From NCBI GenBank assembly GCA_963812155.1, contig CAWETW010000001.1:128001-192000 (forward strand): a DNA stretch of 64,000 bases, in the 5' to 3' direction. This DNA comes from Vulcanimicrobiota bacterium (GTDB taxonomy: Bacteria; Vulcanimicrobiota; Vulcanimicrobiia; Vulcanimicrobiales; Vulcanimicrobiaceae). Positions 11,007 to 22,122 of this stretch are shown here, one piece after another; position 1 is the first letter of the stretch; every line of letters begins with the position of its first letter. The notes beneath the pieces were generated by a model. It was given only the letters and a program-made list of their open reading frames with translations. It did not search any database and was not told the DNA's origin. A program made the translations under genes and the position numbers.

Positions 11007-13001
11007 TCATGGGTGCATGCGTCCGTTTCTAACCGGCCGCGCCGCGACGCGGTCGGAACTTGGTGCGACGAACACCGCGATGGGTGCGTTGAGACCCGTC
11101 GCGGCCCCGGCGATGCGATGCGTCGGCTTGACCGTTCCGCCCTTACCCGACGAGAACGTACCGATCGCATTGTTGAAATCGTCGGCGACGAAGAGCGTCG
11201 AGCCGTAGAGCGCGATTTCGGGGAAGTACGGCTGGAGCAAACTTGTGAACGAGACGCAGTCCGGATTCTGCGTGTAGACACCGTCGAGCGTCAGCGTGCG
11301 CAGCGGCGGCTCGTCCGTGACGCCCGAGTCCGCGCCGGCCGCATAGACGTTGACCTTCCCCTGGCACGACGTGTTGCTGCTAGGGTTCGAGACGAGTTGC
11401 GTCGCCACGAGAATCTCACCGCTGGAATCGATCCCCACGTTTGACGTTTGGAACGGCGTCAATTTCGTCACGTCGTCCCACGGGATCGTGCGCGATGGAT
11501 TGGCTTGCGGATTGCCGATGTCCGCGGCGGCCGCGACGAAGATGCCGAAGCTCGGTCCGAGCGAGCCGTGAAGCGCACCCGCGTAGTACACGTTACCCGA
11601 AGCGTCGAGGGCGAGTCCGGTCGGACCCGCGTACGGGCCGCCGTACGAGATCGTCGGGAACGCGAAGTCGAGTCCGCTTTGCGGGGGCGTCATTCCCGTT
11701 GCGCCCTTCGGATACGTCAGCACGGCATCGCCCGCGTTGCGATCGACCGACGTGGCGCCGTAAGTGACGAGCCCACCGGCTGCGTTGAGCGCGCCGAAGA
11801 GCGGATAGAGCAGCGTGCTCGTGCTCGGATCGGCGACGAGGGTGCTTACCGGCTGATCGTTTCCGCTGGCGCCGGGCGCGAAGATTGCGACCAGATTACC
11901 GCTGTCCGGCAAGTTCGAACCATCGAATCCGAACTCGGAATCGAAGTACCCGACGTCGAGGTTGCCGGCTCCATCGACGACGATGCTGCGCGCGTAGAGT
12001 TTCGGATTCAAATTCAGCGTGCGCAACGGCGCAACGTTCCCGTTGGCGTTTCCGTCGTACTCGGTCACGGTGGCGCCGAGGCCGTTCTTAGCGCCCATAT
12101 TCAGCACGTAGATCGTTCCCGGCGGCGGCGGCGGTCTGTGCCCTTGCAGAACGAACGGCGCGTTGACGCCGGGATCGCTCGGAGCCGTCGCGGCCAGCGT
12201 GATCGACGACGCTTGTGGGTTGCCATCGTAGGAAAGCGTGATGCCCGATAGCGGCTTTTCGATAGAGAGCGAAGATCCCGACGCGCCCGCGCCGTGCAAT
12301 GTGAACGAATGCGTTGCGTCGCCCTGGATGCTCAGTTCGATCGGCGATTGGTAGTTGCTCGCGCCGACGATCTGCGCTCCGCTCGCATCGAACGCGTGCA
12401 GCGTCACGCCGGCGGTCGCCGGGTCGCCGCGCTTGGCGCGATTCGGCGAGATCGCCACCGACAGACTTGCGATCACGCCGTCGATTGCGATCGACAGCTC
12501 GTCGCTGATCGGGAGTCCTCCGCCGCCTTTGCCGATTTGAACCGAAGCCGTGCCGACCGAAAGGATCGCGCCCGTCGCGTTCACGGCGCCGTACGTCGCG
12601 ACGTTGAAGACGTCGGCGCCGGGCGAACCTTGAATGGTCGCCGTGCAGACGGTGTCGTTGCCGCGCACTTTGCAGTTGTGCGAGTTCGGCGTCGTGTTGA
12701 CGACCGAGGCGCTGACGCCGCTGACGCCGTTGCCGTCCACGGATGCGAGCTGCACGGAGACCGATTGCGTGTTCGGCGAAATGTACGAGGGATGCATTAG
12801 GTGCGGTCGACCCGTCGCCGAAACGGAAACGGTGAGCTGGACGGCGACCAGCTGCGTCGGGGGCGGCGCGTGTCCGCCGGTCGAGCCGACGAACGACCCG
12901 AACGGCGTGTTCGATCCGCCGCCGCATGCGACCAAGCACGCGGATGCAACCGCAGACGTGCAGCCGGCGGCGAGACGGCGAATCGCTTTGTGCGCGATCA
13001 C
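11007..13001 (-). CDS. Large lipoprotein with beta-rich N-part and propeller-like C-part
   Basis: GTG start overlaps the upstream TGA (GTGA); lipobox LVAC; ~664 aa; DGAGNL/DASGNVY repeats. Confidence 0.75.
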   Translation of the reverse strand: MIAHKAIRRLAAGCTSAVASACLVACGGGSNTPFGSFVGSTGGHAPPPTQLVAVQLTVSVSATGRPHLMHPSYISPNTQSVSVQLASVDGNGVSGVSASVVNTTPNSHNCKVRGNDTVCTATIQGSPGADVFNVATYGAVNATGAILSVGTASVQIGKGGGGLPISDELSIAIDGVIASLSVAISPNRAKRGDPATAGVTLHAFDASGAQIVGASNYQSPIELSIQGDATHSFTLHGAGASGSSLSIEKPLSGITLSYDGNPQASSITLAATAPSDPGVNAPFVLQGHRPPPPPGTIYVLNMGAKNGLGATVTEYDGNANGNVAPLRTLNLNPKLYARSIVVDGAGNLDVGYFDSEFGFDGSNLPDSGNLVAIFAPGASGNDQPVSTLVADPSTSTLLYPLFGALNAAGGLVTYGATSVDRNAGDAVLTYPKGATGMTPPQSGLDFAFPTISYGGPYAGPTGLALDASGNVYYAGALHGSLGPSFGIFVAAAADIGNPQANPSRTIPWDDVTKLTPFQTSNVGIDSSGEILVATQLVSNPSSNTSCQGKVNVYAAGADSGVTDEPPLRTLTLDGVYTQNPDCVSFTSLLQPYFPEIALYGSTLFVADDFNNAIGTFSSGKGGTVKPTHRIAGAATGLNAPIAVFVAPSSDRVAARPVRNGRMHP

Positions 13002-14201
13002 GGATACGTCCCGTTCAGAATGTCGGAGGTCGTGACGTCCGCCTGGCCGTTGCTTCCGCGAATGCGCGGCAGTTGCGCCAGATTCTGGGGATAGGAAGCT
13101 TCGTACGCCGGGTAGTCGGTGCCGGCAGCGTAGACTTGATAGCTGCCTTCGGGGCAAATCGTTGCGCTCGGCTGTCCCGTGCTCGTCTGGGGGCCGATGT
13201 CGTCGGGCAGCGTGAGTTGGGAGAAGCCGGCGTGCGTGGCGACCATCGTATAGTATGCATCGTTGGTGTGTGCGAGGGTGCAGTCGCCGGGTGTCCCGCT
13301 ATTGCGCAGCGCCTTGACGACGATTAGCGCTTCGGTCGCGCCGCCGGGAACCCGCACGGTGACCTTCCCGCCGCCTTTTCCGTCGGCCGCAAACGCCGGG
13401 ATTGGGAACGCAGGCAGCCCGCTGAGATCCGAGAGTTGCGCGCTGACGGCAAGGACGCCCGGCGGCGGCGTGGGCGAGCCGCCCGGATTGGGGCTCGGCG
13501 TCGGATTCTGCGGCGTCGTAAATGCCGGCGGCACGGCGGCGTAGAGGTGATAGACGCCGATGACCGGTTGCACCGCAAAGTCGGTAAAGCCCAGCGAGTA
13601 GCCTTGCCACCCGAGCGCGAGCACCGCCGGATCTGCCTGCGGAAACGCCGGCGGTCCGCCGTAAAAGACCTCTTGGTCTTGGACGTTGTTGTACACGGGC
13701 AAGCTAAAGGCTTGAAAGACCGGCGACGTGCCGTTGACCGGCCCCGAATCGGAGTTACACGGACAGAATCCGTACCCGAACGCCCCCGTTGTCGACGCCT
13801 TCTGGCCCCGCGTGCCGCGCGTCCACTGCGGCTGGTTCAGCGTCGACCACGTGATGTGATTCGTACCGAAATCGGAACCGGCCGACTGCACGTCGCTTCC
13901 CGTTTCGGTGGACGTGAGCACGTTGAAACTCGTCGGGCCGATGATCTGCGGAACGTTATACAGCGTGCCCGAGAGACCGTCGGCCTGACGCAGCGTCAGC
14001 ACCGTGTTGAGCCCATGCGCGACGCTCTGACCGTTGTTGTACGACAGCGTCGCGACTCCGACCGCGAACTGCAGTTTGCTCGTCGACGGCCGGATCGAGC
14101 GACGTCACCGGCGGCTCCGACGCGCCGCCGTTGCCGCAGCCCACCGCGATGGCCGGCAGGCTCAGCGCTGCAGCGATGATGAGAAAACTCGGCAGTCTCA
14201 T
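12998..14201 (-). CDS. Hypothetical lipoprotein (apparent +1 frameshift ~14089)
   Basis: ATGA overlap with receptor stop; lipobox AVGC; removing one base joins ORFs 13956..14201 and 12998..14002 into ~400 aa. Confidence 0.7.
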
Positions 14202-17200
14202 AAGAGCACCTGATAGTAGAGCCGGAACGAAATCGGCGGCTCGTTGGGATAGGTGAGATACGGTTGCGAACCGTGCGCCGTCACGTCCGGCGGCGAGTAC
14301 TGCGGCGTCGAGAACGTGCAGGGCGACGAGCCGTTGGTCAGCCCGGTCGTCACCGGATTGCCGTAACAGCCGTTGACGATGGGCACGTTGTAGAGCTGGT
14401 TGAACAGGTTCTGCACTTGCAGTCCGAACGTCGATTTAGCGAGCTTTCCGGCAGGCGGGCTGTACTCGAAAGTGAGGTCGGCATTGACGCGCGGCGTCGT
14501 AAGGAACCCGCCGGGCAGGCCGCTTTCGTGAATGCCGCGCGTGGCGGCGATATTCGGCTTGGTGCACGAACCCGGATCGAGCGGATCGATGTAGCCGGGC
14601 GTCTGCGAGTAGATCACCGAGAGCGCCGTGTTGGGGACGATCACCGGGATGCCGTTACAATACACGGCCGTGTAGTAGCCGCCGCCGTAGGGATAACCGA
14701 CGTTGAAACCGATCACCGGATTGATGCGCCAGCCCTTGATCGTCTTATAGTCGAACGCCGCATTCATCTGAAACGGCGAGAGATCGGGCGAGCGATACGT
14801 CACGCCGAGCGCCAGCGCCGCCGGCTGGAGAAACGCACCCGGCGGTTCGTTGCCGAACTGACTGATGTACGTCGCGCCGATCTGCATCGACAGCCCGAGC
14901 GGCGACTCTCTGTTGTACAGCAGCTCGACTCCGGCGGCTTTTTGAATGCCGAGATTCGAGTACTGCACGTTCCCGTACACCGGGGTTCCGGTGTCGGCGT
15001 TGAAGCCGATGATCGACGCCGTCTGTTCGATGACGTTGTAGCCGCGGCGGTAGAACGGTGTCACCTTCACGGCGGAACCGTCCTTGAACTCGTGTGCCCA
15101 CGACAGATCGACGTTGGTGAAGGTCGCGCCGACGAGTGGCGCTTCCAGCGTCGAAGCGCCGAAGCGGTAGTCGCGCGTCAGCCAATACAACTGGTCGGCG
15201 TAGCTCGTGCACGTTTGGTTGACGTGCGGACCGCAATACTGCGCCGCCTGACCGGTCGTGTTGTCGTACGACGGGATGTGCGCGTATGCCTGATACGGAA
15301 TCTGACTCACGTCGGCGCCGAGCTGGCTCGGCAGCGGCACCGAGAGGGTATGACCGAAACCGAAGCGGATCGTGTCGCGCGCGTCGGGGGCGTACGAGAC
15401 GTCGAAGTGCGGCTCGTAGAGCCGCTGGTGCTGCACCGCGCCGACGGTCGGCGGCGCGCCCGCTTGCGTCGGAATCGCAAAGTTGTAGCCGTCGAGCCGT
15501 AGGCCCAGTTCGGTCTTCCACTTGTTCGACATGTCGATCGTGTCTTGCGCGTACAGACCGTAGATCTGCTGCGAAACCGTCGCGACGTCTTGCTCGTACG
15601 GAAAGCGCACGCCCTTGGGAAAATACGAACTCAGATAGCCGCAGTTGAGCGACATGCGCAGCTGCTGGCAGACCGGCTGTGAAAAGAAATCCTGTTCGAG
15701 GCCGCTCGGTACCGACGGGTTATTATTTGGAATCAGTCCGGTGTAGGTATAAGGGAGCGGCAGCGGTTGATTCGGATGCGTGATCGCGTACGTCACGATG
15801 AACTCCGGCACCGTGAACGCCGTGTACGACGTGTAGTCGAAGCGATCGCCGAACGGCCGGGCGAACTCGTAAATCGCGCCCGCTTTGATCGTGTGCTTCG
15901 AACCGACCTGCGTGATCGTGTCGATCTGGCCGGCGGTGCGGTTGCCGCCGTACGGCGACGCGAAGATGCCTTGTGCCGGCATGTCCTGCGACTGCTGCTG
16001 GAACGTGCGCCAGTAGCGTGCCGTCAGTTGCGACGAGCTTCCAATGTTCGTGCCGTATTCCAACTTATAGGCCAGGAACGGGCTTTGCAGCGTATCCGGC
16101 GAGGAAACGAATGCGTAGGTATTGGGCTGGCCCGGAAAGAGCGGGATGAGGTTGTTGCACGCGAAGTTCTGCGATGGCGAGTTGACCGGTTGGCCGCCCG
16201 GACCGATCACCGGGAAGCTCGAGCACTTTCCGGACGTCGAACCGCCGGAGATGTACGGCAGAAATTGAAATCCGCCGTAATCGAGCTTCTGCGTGATCTG
16301 TTGATCCTGGATGAAAAACTGCAGCCGCTGTCCCTGGTTTTTGCCGAAACGCCAAATCAGGTTGTCGACAAAGTCGTTCGTCGAAAGAAACTGCGGCGCG
16401 TAGTAGACGAGGTTCGGATCGATGACGCTCCCGAGCGTCGCGGCATTGGTCCCCAGCGTTCCCAGCGTGTTGGCCGCCGTACCGGGAATGCCGTACTGAT
16501 AGTTTTTTCGCACGCCGATGAAGCCGGCGTAGTTCGAAAGGCGCTGTTTGGGATCGGCCCAGCCCCATTCGAGACCCAACTGATGCAGGTACGGGAACAC
16601 CAGCGCTTCGGTATCGACGTGTACGTACTGCGGATTTGTGCCGTGTTTGGCCGTGAAGAGCACGAGGCCCGTGCCGGTGTTGCCGTGGGTGGCGTCGCCG
16701 CCGCCGGGGATCAACTGCACGGCGCCCACCCCGTTGAGCAAGTTGAAGTTGCCGACGTTCTGCAGCGTGTTCTGGAGATTGGCGTTGGGCGTCGTGTAGT
16801 CGATGCCTTCGAACTCGTAGGCTGCCTCGAACGCGAACCCGCCACGGATCGAAACCGTTCCGCTCTTGTCGATCGTTACGCTCGGGATGCTGCGCAGCAA
16901 CTGCGTCTGGTCGGTGTTGAACTGCTTACCCTGCACCATGGTGATTTGGTTACCGGTCACGGTGTAGGTGTCGATCGTCATGCCGTGCTGAAAAGCGCTG
17001 CCGGCCGAGCGTGCCCGCGTGGTGGCAATCGTCTTGAGCGACGTCGATAGCGATACGTTGACGCTCTGCTGGGAGCCGTTGATCACGACGACGATCGTCG
17101 AAAACGGGGCGTATCCCGTATGGGTGAACGAGAGCGAATAGTTGTCGGGCAGCATGCTCAAGAAACGGTAGCGTCCTTGGGCATCCGTTGCCGTCCGGTA

Positions 17201-17389
17201 CGTAGCACTCGGCGATTTGGCCACGATCGCGACGCCCGCCACGGGTGCGTGCGAGCGGTCGTCAGTCACCGTGCCCGAAACGAGACCGCCGGTTTCGGCG
17301 ATTGCATTGGATGAAGAAAGAAAGACGAAGAAACCCAAGACGAAGACGCTTTTCACCCGCAACAGGGTACGAATCAACGGCGGCTCCAT
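14198..17389 (-). CDS. TonB-dependent-type outer-membrane receptor with N-terminal carboxypeptidase-regulatory-like domain
   Basis: Signal peptide; VSGTVTD...TDAQGRYRF..L.PDNYSL domain; plug-like LLRSIPSV...SIRGG; GLYAQD, GLRLD, PHFDVSY barrel motifs; aromatic C-terminus. Confidence 0.85.
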   Translation of the reverse strand: MEPPLIRTLLRVKSVFVLGFFVFLSSSNAIAETGGLVSGTVTDDRSHAPVAGVAIVAKSPSATYRTATDAQGRYRFLSMLPDNYSLSFTHTGYAPFSTIVVVINGSQQSVNVSLSTSLKTIATTRARSAGSAFQHGMTIDTYTVTGNQITMVQGKQFNTDQTQLLRSIPSVTIDKSGTVSIRGGFAFEAAYEFEGIDYTTPNANLQNTLQNVGNFNLLNGVGAVQLIPGGGDATHGNTGTGLVLFTAKHGTNPQYVHVDTEALVFPYLHQLGLEWGWADPKQRLSNYAGFIGVRKNYQYGIPGTAANTLGTLGTNAATLGSVIDPNLVYYAPQFLSTNDFVDNLIWRFGKNQGQRLQFFIQDQQITQKLDYGGFQFLPYISGGSTSGKCSSFPVIGPGGQPVNSPSQNFACNNLIPLFPGQPNTYAFVSSPDTLQSPFLAYKLEYGTNIGSSSQLTARYWRTFQQQSQDMPAQGIFASPYGGNRTAGQIDTITQVGSKHTIKAGAIYEFARPFGDRFDYTSYTAFTVPEFIVTYAITHPNQPLPLPYTYTGLIPNNNPSVPSGLEQDFFSQPVCQQLRMSLNCGYLSSYFPKGVRFPYEQDVATVSQQIYGLYAQDTIDMSNKWKTELGLRLDGYNFAIPTQAGAPPTVGAVQHQRLYEPHFDVSYAPDARDTIRFGFGHTLSVPLPSQLGADVSQIPYQAYAHIPSYDNTTGQAAQYCGPHVNQTCTSYADQLYWLTRDYRFGASTLEAPLVGATFTNVDLSWAHEFKDGSAVKVTPFYRRGYNVIEQTASIIGFNADTGTPVYGNVQYSNLGIQKAAGVELLYNRESPLGLSMQIGATYISQFGNEPPGAFLQPAALALGVTYRSPDLSPFQMNAAFDYKTIKGWRINPVIGFNVGYPYGGGYYTAVYCNGIPVIVPNTALSVIYSQTPGYIDPLDPGSCTKPNIAATRGIHESGLPGGFLTTPRVNADLTFEYSPPAGKLAKSTFGLQVQNLFNQLYNVPIVNGCYGNPVTTGLTNGSSPCTFSTPQYSPPDVTAHGSQPYLTYPNEPPISFRLYYQVLL

Positions 17390-17579
17390 AGAAACGCGAG
17401 GCGTGAAGAGGCGCGAGATGGTCCAACGCTTCTCATCCCGACTCTACGCGGGCGCAGCACCGGGCCGCATCCCGGACGAAAACCAAAACGTTAATGGAAT
17501 GGCGGTTTTGATTACGGCGCCTTAAGACAATTTCGCCTCGCGTTAACAAATGGTGCGCGTGTCCGGTACTGCGGCACCG

Positions 17580-18860
17580 CTACTCGGCGGCCGGACTGCT
17601 CAGGTCGACGATTTGCCAGCGCGAGCGCAGGCCGAGGCGCGAAAGGATCGAGCTGACGTGACGCTCGACGGTGTGTTCGCTGATCTGCAGGGTGTGGGCG
17701 ACCTCGCGATTCGAGGCGCCGCGGCGAATGAGATGCGCCACTTGACGCTCGCGCCCCGTCAGCGAGAGGGCGCTCGGACGGCGCCGCGGCGGCGCCGAAT
17801 CGGCGGCGTGGTCGTGCACGAGCAGGTTCATGGCCTCGTCGGTCCAGCACCGCAAACCCATCGCGTCGAACGCGCGCGCAGCGTCGCCGGCGCTGTCGAC
17901 GGCATCGGAACGCTTTCCGAATCGCGCGCACCAATGCGCGCGTGCGAGCAAATAATGCGCGTAGAGGTACGGCCGGCGCGGAGCAAACGCCGCCCGCAGT
18001 CCGTCGAGGCCGAAACCGGCGTCGTCGGCGTCGCCGAACCGGGCCGCGAGCGAGAAGAGTTCGGGAGCCACGGACGCATTGTCGCAGCGCACCAGCGCGC
18101 GACGCAGCGCGGCCGAGGGAAGTGCGCCGCCGCCCACGCCGGCGGCATGCACGCAGGCGACCGCCGCGCCGATGGACGATGGAATTTCGAACGCGTTGAG
18201 CGCGACGTCGAGAATTTCCGGCGATGTCCAGGTTTGCAGCGCGGCGGCGTCACCGTTGGCCAGTGCCAGCCGCACGCCCACCGGCGCAAAGAGCGCGCGC
18301 ACCCCGGCGCTCTGCGCCGCCGCCTCGGACGTGAGGCGTTCGGCTCGCGCGAAGTCGCCTACCCCGACGGCAAGCGTTGCGATCGTCGCCGCGGCGACCC
18401 TCCTCCACTCGTGCAAACCGTGCTGGGCCGCGAGGTCGAACGTCGCCGCGCCGCCGGCGTGCGCTTCCACGAGATTTCCGAAGAGCAGCGCGTGGTGCGC
18501 GATTCGCTCGTGTAACGCTGCGGCCAGATGGGGTGCCTCCGACGGCACCGCGCCGGCGCCGTCACGCCAAGAGCGCAGCGTCTCGGTTTCATCTCCCGTC
18601 CACGAGTTTGCGATCGCCGCAGCGGCGTGATCGAACCACTGCGCTCCGCCGGAAAGCGTTTCGAGATAGCCGTTCCCGCGGCCGTTGGCACCGAGCAGGT
18701 GCGGATCGATCGCCGCTGCCATCGCCTTCTCGGCACCCGCGAGGGCGAAGATGCCGGCGGAAAACCGTCGCAGTTCCTCCACCGCGCCGGCAACTGCCGT
18801 GCACGCGGCCGTGAGCCGAGCCTGCGCTAGCATTGCGTGAACTCGATCCGCGCCGGTCAT
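17580..18860 (-). CDS. LuxR-family HTH transcriptional regulator
   Basis: C-terminal LTGRERQVAHLIRRGASNREVAHTLQISEHTVERHVSSILSRLG; Ala-rich helical N-part. Confidence 0.85.
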   Translation of the reverse strand: MTGADRVHAMLAQARLTAACTAVAGAVEELRRFSAGIFALAGAEKAMAAAIDPHLLGANGRGNGYLETLSGGAQWFDHAAAAIANSWTGDETETLRSWRDGAGAVPSEAPHLAAALHERIAHHALLFGNLVEAHAGGAATFDLAAQHGLHEWRRVAAATIATLAVGVGDFARAERLTSEAAAQSAGVRALFAPVGVRLALANGDAAALQTWTSPEILDVALNAFEIPSSIGAAVACVHAAGVGGGALPSAALRRALVRCDNASVAPELFSLAARFGDADDAGFGLDGLRAAFAPRRPYLYAHYLLARAHWCARFGKRSDAVDSAGDAARAFDAMGLRCWTDEAMNLLVHDHAADSAPPRRRPSALSLTGRERQVAHLIRRGASNREVAHTLQISEHTVERHVSSILSRLGLRSRWQIVDLSSPAAE

Positions 18861-18971
18861 TTGGGCCAGATGCTAGCAGGCTACCATTAAGCCCCGATTA
18901 CGGCGGGCGGCGGAGCGAGCCCAGCGTTCGGCATGACCCGGCGCCAAGCGCGCGGAACGCTGGGCGGACCC

Positions 18972-21586
18972 ATGCACCTTGCCAAGCAGTACGACCCGAA
19001 AGCGGTCGAGCCGCGCCTCTACGCCCGGTGGGAGCAGTCCGGCTACTTCCATGAGGAGCCCGACCCGGCACGGCCTCCGTTCATTATTTGCATGCCGCCG
19101 CCGAACGTGACCGCGCGCGCGCATCTGGGGCACGGCTCGACGTATCCGCCGATGGACGTGCTCACGCGCTACCATCGGATGCTGGGCGAAAATGCGGATT
19201 GGCTGCCCGGACTCGACCATGCGGCGATCGCTACCGAGGCCGTGCTGCTAAAGAAGATTGCCGCCGAAGGACTCACGCGCGAAGGCTTAGGCCGCGAGCG
19301 ATTCCTCGAGCGCGCGTGGGAGTGGTCGCGCACCTACGGCCGCGAGATCAACGACCAGTTTCGCGTACTGGGCTTCGGGCCGGACTGGAAGCGCGAGCGT
19401 TTCACGATGGACGACGCGCTTTCGGCGGCGGTGCGCAACGTGTTCGTGCGCCTCTACCGCGAGGGCCTCATTTATCGCGGCAAGCGCCTCGTCAACTGGG
19501 ATCCCAAGGGGAAGACGACGGTCTCCGATGCGGAAGTCGACCACGTCGAACGCGACGCGGTGCTGTGGCACGTCGCCTATCCCGCAGTCGACGGCGGCGA
19601 CGGCGTGACGATCGCAACCACCCGTCCCGAAACGATTCTCGCCGACATCGCAATCGCGGTGCATCCTGACGACGACCGTTATGCGGCGCTGGTCGGACGC
19701 AGCGTGCTCGTGCCGCCGTTGCTCGAGCGTTCCATTCCGGTAATCGCCGACGCAGCGGTCGACCCCGCATTCGGGACGGGCGCCGTCAAGGTGACGCCGG
19801 CGCACGACGCCACCGACTACGAGATCGGAACGCGCCACGGCTTGCCGATGCCGTCGGTCATCGGCTTGGATGCGGCGATCTCGGCGAGCGACGTCGCCGT
19901 CGGTCCGTACGAAGGTCTCGACCGTTTCGAGGCGCGCGCGCGCATCGTCGAGGACTTGCGCGCGAAAGGGTTGCTCGTGCGCGAGGAGCCGCACCGCCAC
20001 GCCATTGCGGTGAGCGAGCGCACCGGCGACGTGATCGAGCCGCTGCTTTCGCTGCAATGGTTCGTGCGGATGGAATCGCTCGCGCAGCCGGCGCTGCAAG
20101 CCTACCGCGACGGGCGCCTGCGCTTCGTGCCGGAGCGCTACGGACGCACTTACGAGCAGTGGCTGACGAACATTCGCGACTGGAACGTCTCGCGGCAACT
20201 CTGGTGGGGACATCAACTGCCGGTCTGGTACACGCCCGACGGCACGCCGGTCGTGGCCGAGACCGAAGAAGAAGCGCGCGAGATCGCGTTGCGCGAACAC
20301 GGGACCGGCGATCTCGCCCAAGATCACCGACACGCTCGACACGTGGTTTTCGAGCGGCCTTTGGCCGTTCTCGATCCTGGGGTGGCCGAAGCAGACGCCG
20401 GAACTTGCGTGCTGGTATCCGTCGCAAGTGATGATCACCGGGTGGGAGATCATCTTCTTGTGGGTCGCGCGCATGGTCATGCTCGGGTTGCACCTCACCG
20501 GAAAGCTGCCGTTTGCGAACGTCTTCATCACGCCGCTCGTCTTCGACAATCAAGGGCGCAAGATGTCGAAGTCGCTTGGAAACGCGATCGATCCGCTCGA
20601 CGTCATCGACAAATACGGCGCCGACGCGTTTCGCATGGGCATGCTTCGGCAGATGCGCCTCGAGGGCCAAGAGATTCGCTTTCAAGAGTCGCGCTGCGAA
20701 GAAGCGCGTAACTTCAACAACAAGGTCTGGAACGCGACGCGCTACATGCTGTCGCTTCCCGAGAAACTCCCCGGTGCGTTGCGGCTGCCGCCTTCGAGCG
20801 CGCTCACCGAGGCCGATGCGTGGATTCTGACGCGTCTGCACGAAGCCGCCGTCCACGTCGCACGCGCGCTCGACGGTTTCGACATGGGCGAGGCGGCGGA
20901 AACCATCTGGCGATTTATTTGGCACGAATTCTGCGACTGTCTACGTCGAAGCGACGAAGGTCGAAGAGAATCGGGCGACGCGCGCGGCGGTCTTGTCGTT
21001 CGTCTGGAACAATGCGATGCGCTTGCTTCATCCGATCGCACCGTTCATCAGCGAGGAGGTCTGGCTTGCGATTCCGCACGACGGCCAGACCATCATGACG
21101 GCCACCTGGCCGGATCCGCTCGAAATTCCCGTCGACGACGCGGCCGCGGCGACCTTCGATGCGCTGATGCGGGCGGCCGAACGCGTGCGCGCGCTGCGCG
21201 CGACGATCGGACTTCACCCCAAGGAACGCATCGACGTCGAGGTGCCCGGCAACGTTCCGGCACGCGTGGCCTCCGCGCTGGCACACCTCGCGACCGCCGA
21301 GGTAACGTACGTCGACGCCTCCGGCGGCAGCATCCCCGACGCGCTCGCCCACGTCGTCGCGCGCGCGCCGCGCGGCGTCCTTTTCGAGCGCTATCGCAAA
21401 GACGCGGACCGTTTGCGCGGCGAGGTCGAGCGTCTGGAGCGCAAGCTCGGCAACGCGGACTTCGTTGCCAAGGCCGCACCTGACGTCGTTGCGAAAGAAC
21501 GCGAGAAGCTAGCCGGCTATCGCAACGACGCCGCTCGCGTCGAAACGGAATTGGCGTCGCTGCGTTCCCAAGGAGAAAGTGCGTGA
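18972..21586 (+). CDS. valS: Valine--tRNA ligase (two apparent +1 frameshifts, ~20326 and ~20938)
   Basis: PPPNVT..HLGH, DHAAIAT, DWNVSRQLWWGH, DTWFSS (after correction), KMSKS, C-terminal coiled coil; ~870 aa when joined. Confidence 0.95.
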
Positions 21587-22122
21587 CGGTGACCACGGGG
21601 CGAGTGCTGCTCCGCAGCGACGAGATCGACCGCGTGATCGCGCGGCTCGCACATGAGGTGCTCGAGCCGAACGACGCGCAGGAGGGACTCGTTCTGCTGG
21701 GCGTCCGCCGGGGCGGCGAGGCGCTCGCGATTCGGCTGGCGGGCGAAATCGAACGCATCGGCAACGTCGCTCCGGCGCTCGGATTTCTCAATATCGATCT
21801 CTACCGCGACGACCGCGTGCGGCACGAACTTCCCGACTCCCAAATTCCGGTCGACGTTTCGGGTCGCGTCGTCGTCGTCGTCGACGACGTGCTCTTCACC
21901 GGACGCACCATGCGCGCGGCGCTCGATGCGGTCACCGATTTCGGCCGGCCGTCCGCAATCCGGCTTTGCGCGCTGGTCGATCGAGGCTTGCGGGAACTGC
22001 CGATTCAACCCGACTACGTCGGCCGCACGATACCGACGAGCCGCAGCGAACGCGTGACCGTCACGCTCTCCGCGCAACCGTCGCCCGCCGACGAGGTTTC
22101 GGTCGTTGCGGATTCGCCGTAG
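21583..22122 (+). CDS. pyrR: Pyrimidine regulatory protein / uracil phosphoribosyltransferase
   Basis: LYRDD, VVDDVLFTGRT, DRGLRELPIQPDYVG. Confidence 0.95.
   Translation: MTVTTGRVLLRSDEIDRVIARLAHEVLEPNDAQEGLVLLGVRRGGEALAIRLAGEIERIGNVAPALGFLNIDLYRDDRVRHELPDSQIPVDVSGRVVVVVDDVLFTGRTMRAALDAVTDFGRPSAIRLCALVDRGLRELPIQPDYVGRTIPTSRSERVTVTLSAQPSPADEVSVVADSP

Noticed and set aside
18861..18971. T-box riboswitch upstream of valS
   Set aside because: Short leader with no GGTGG-ACC-type T-box sequence or specifier stem visible
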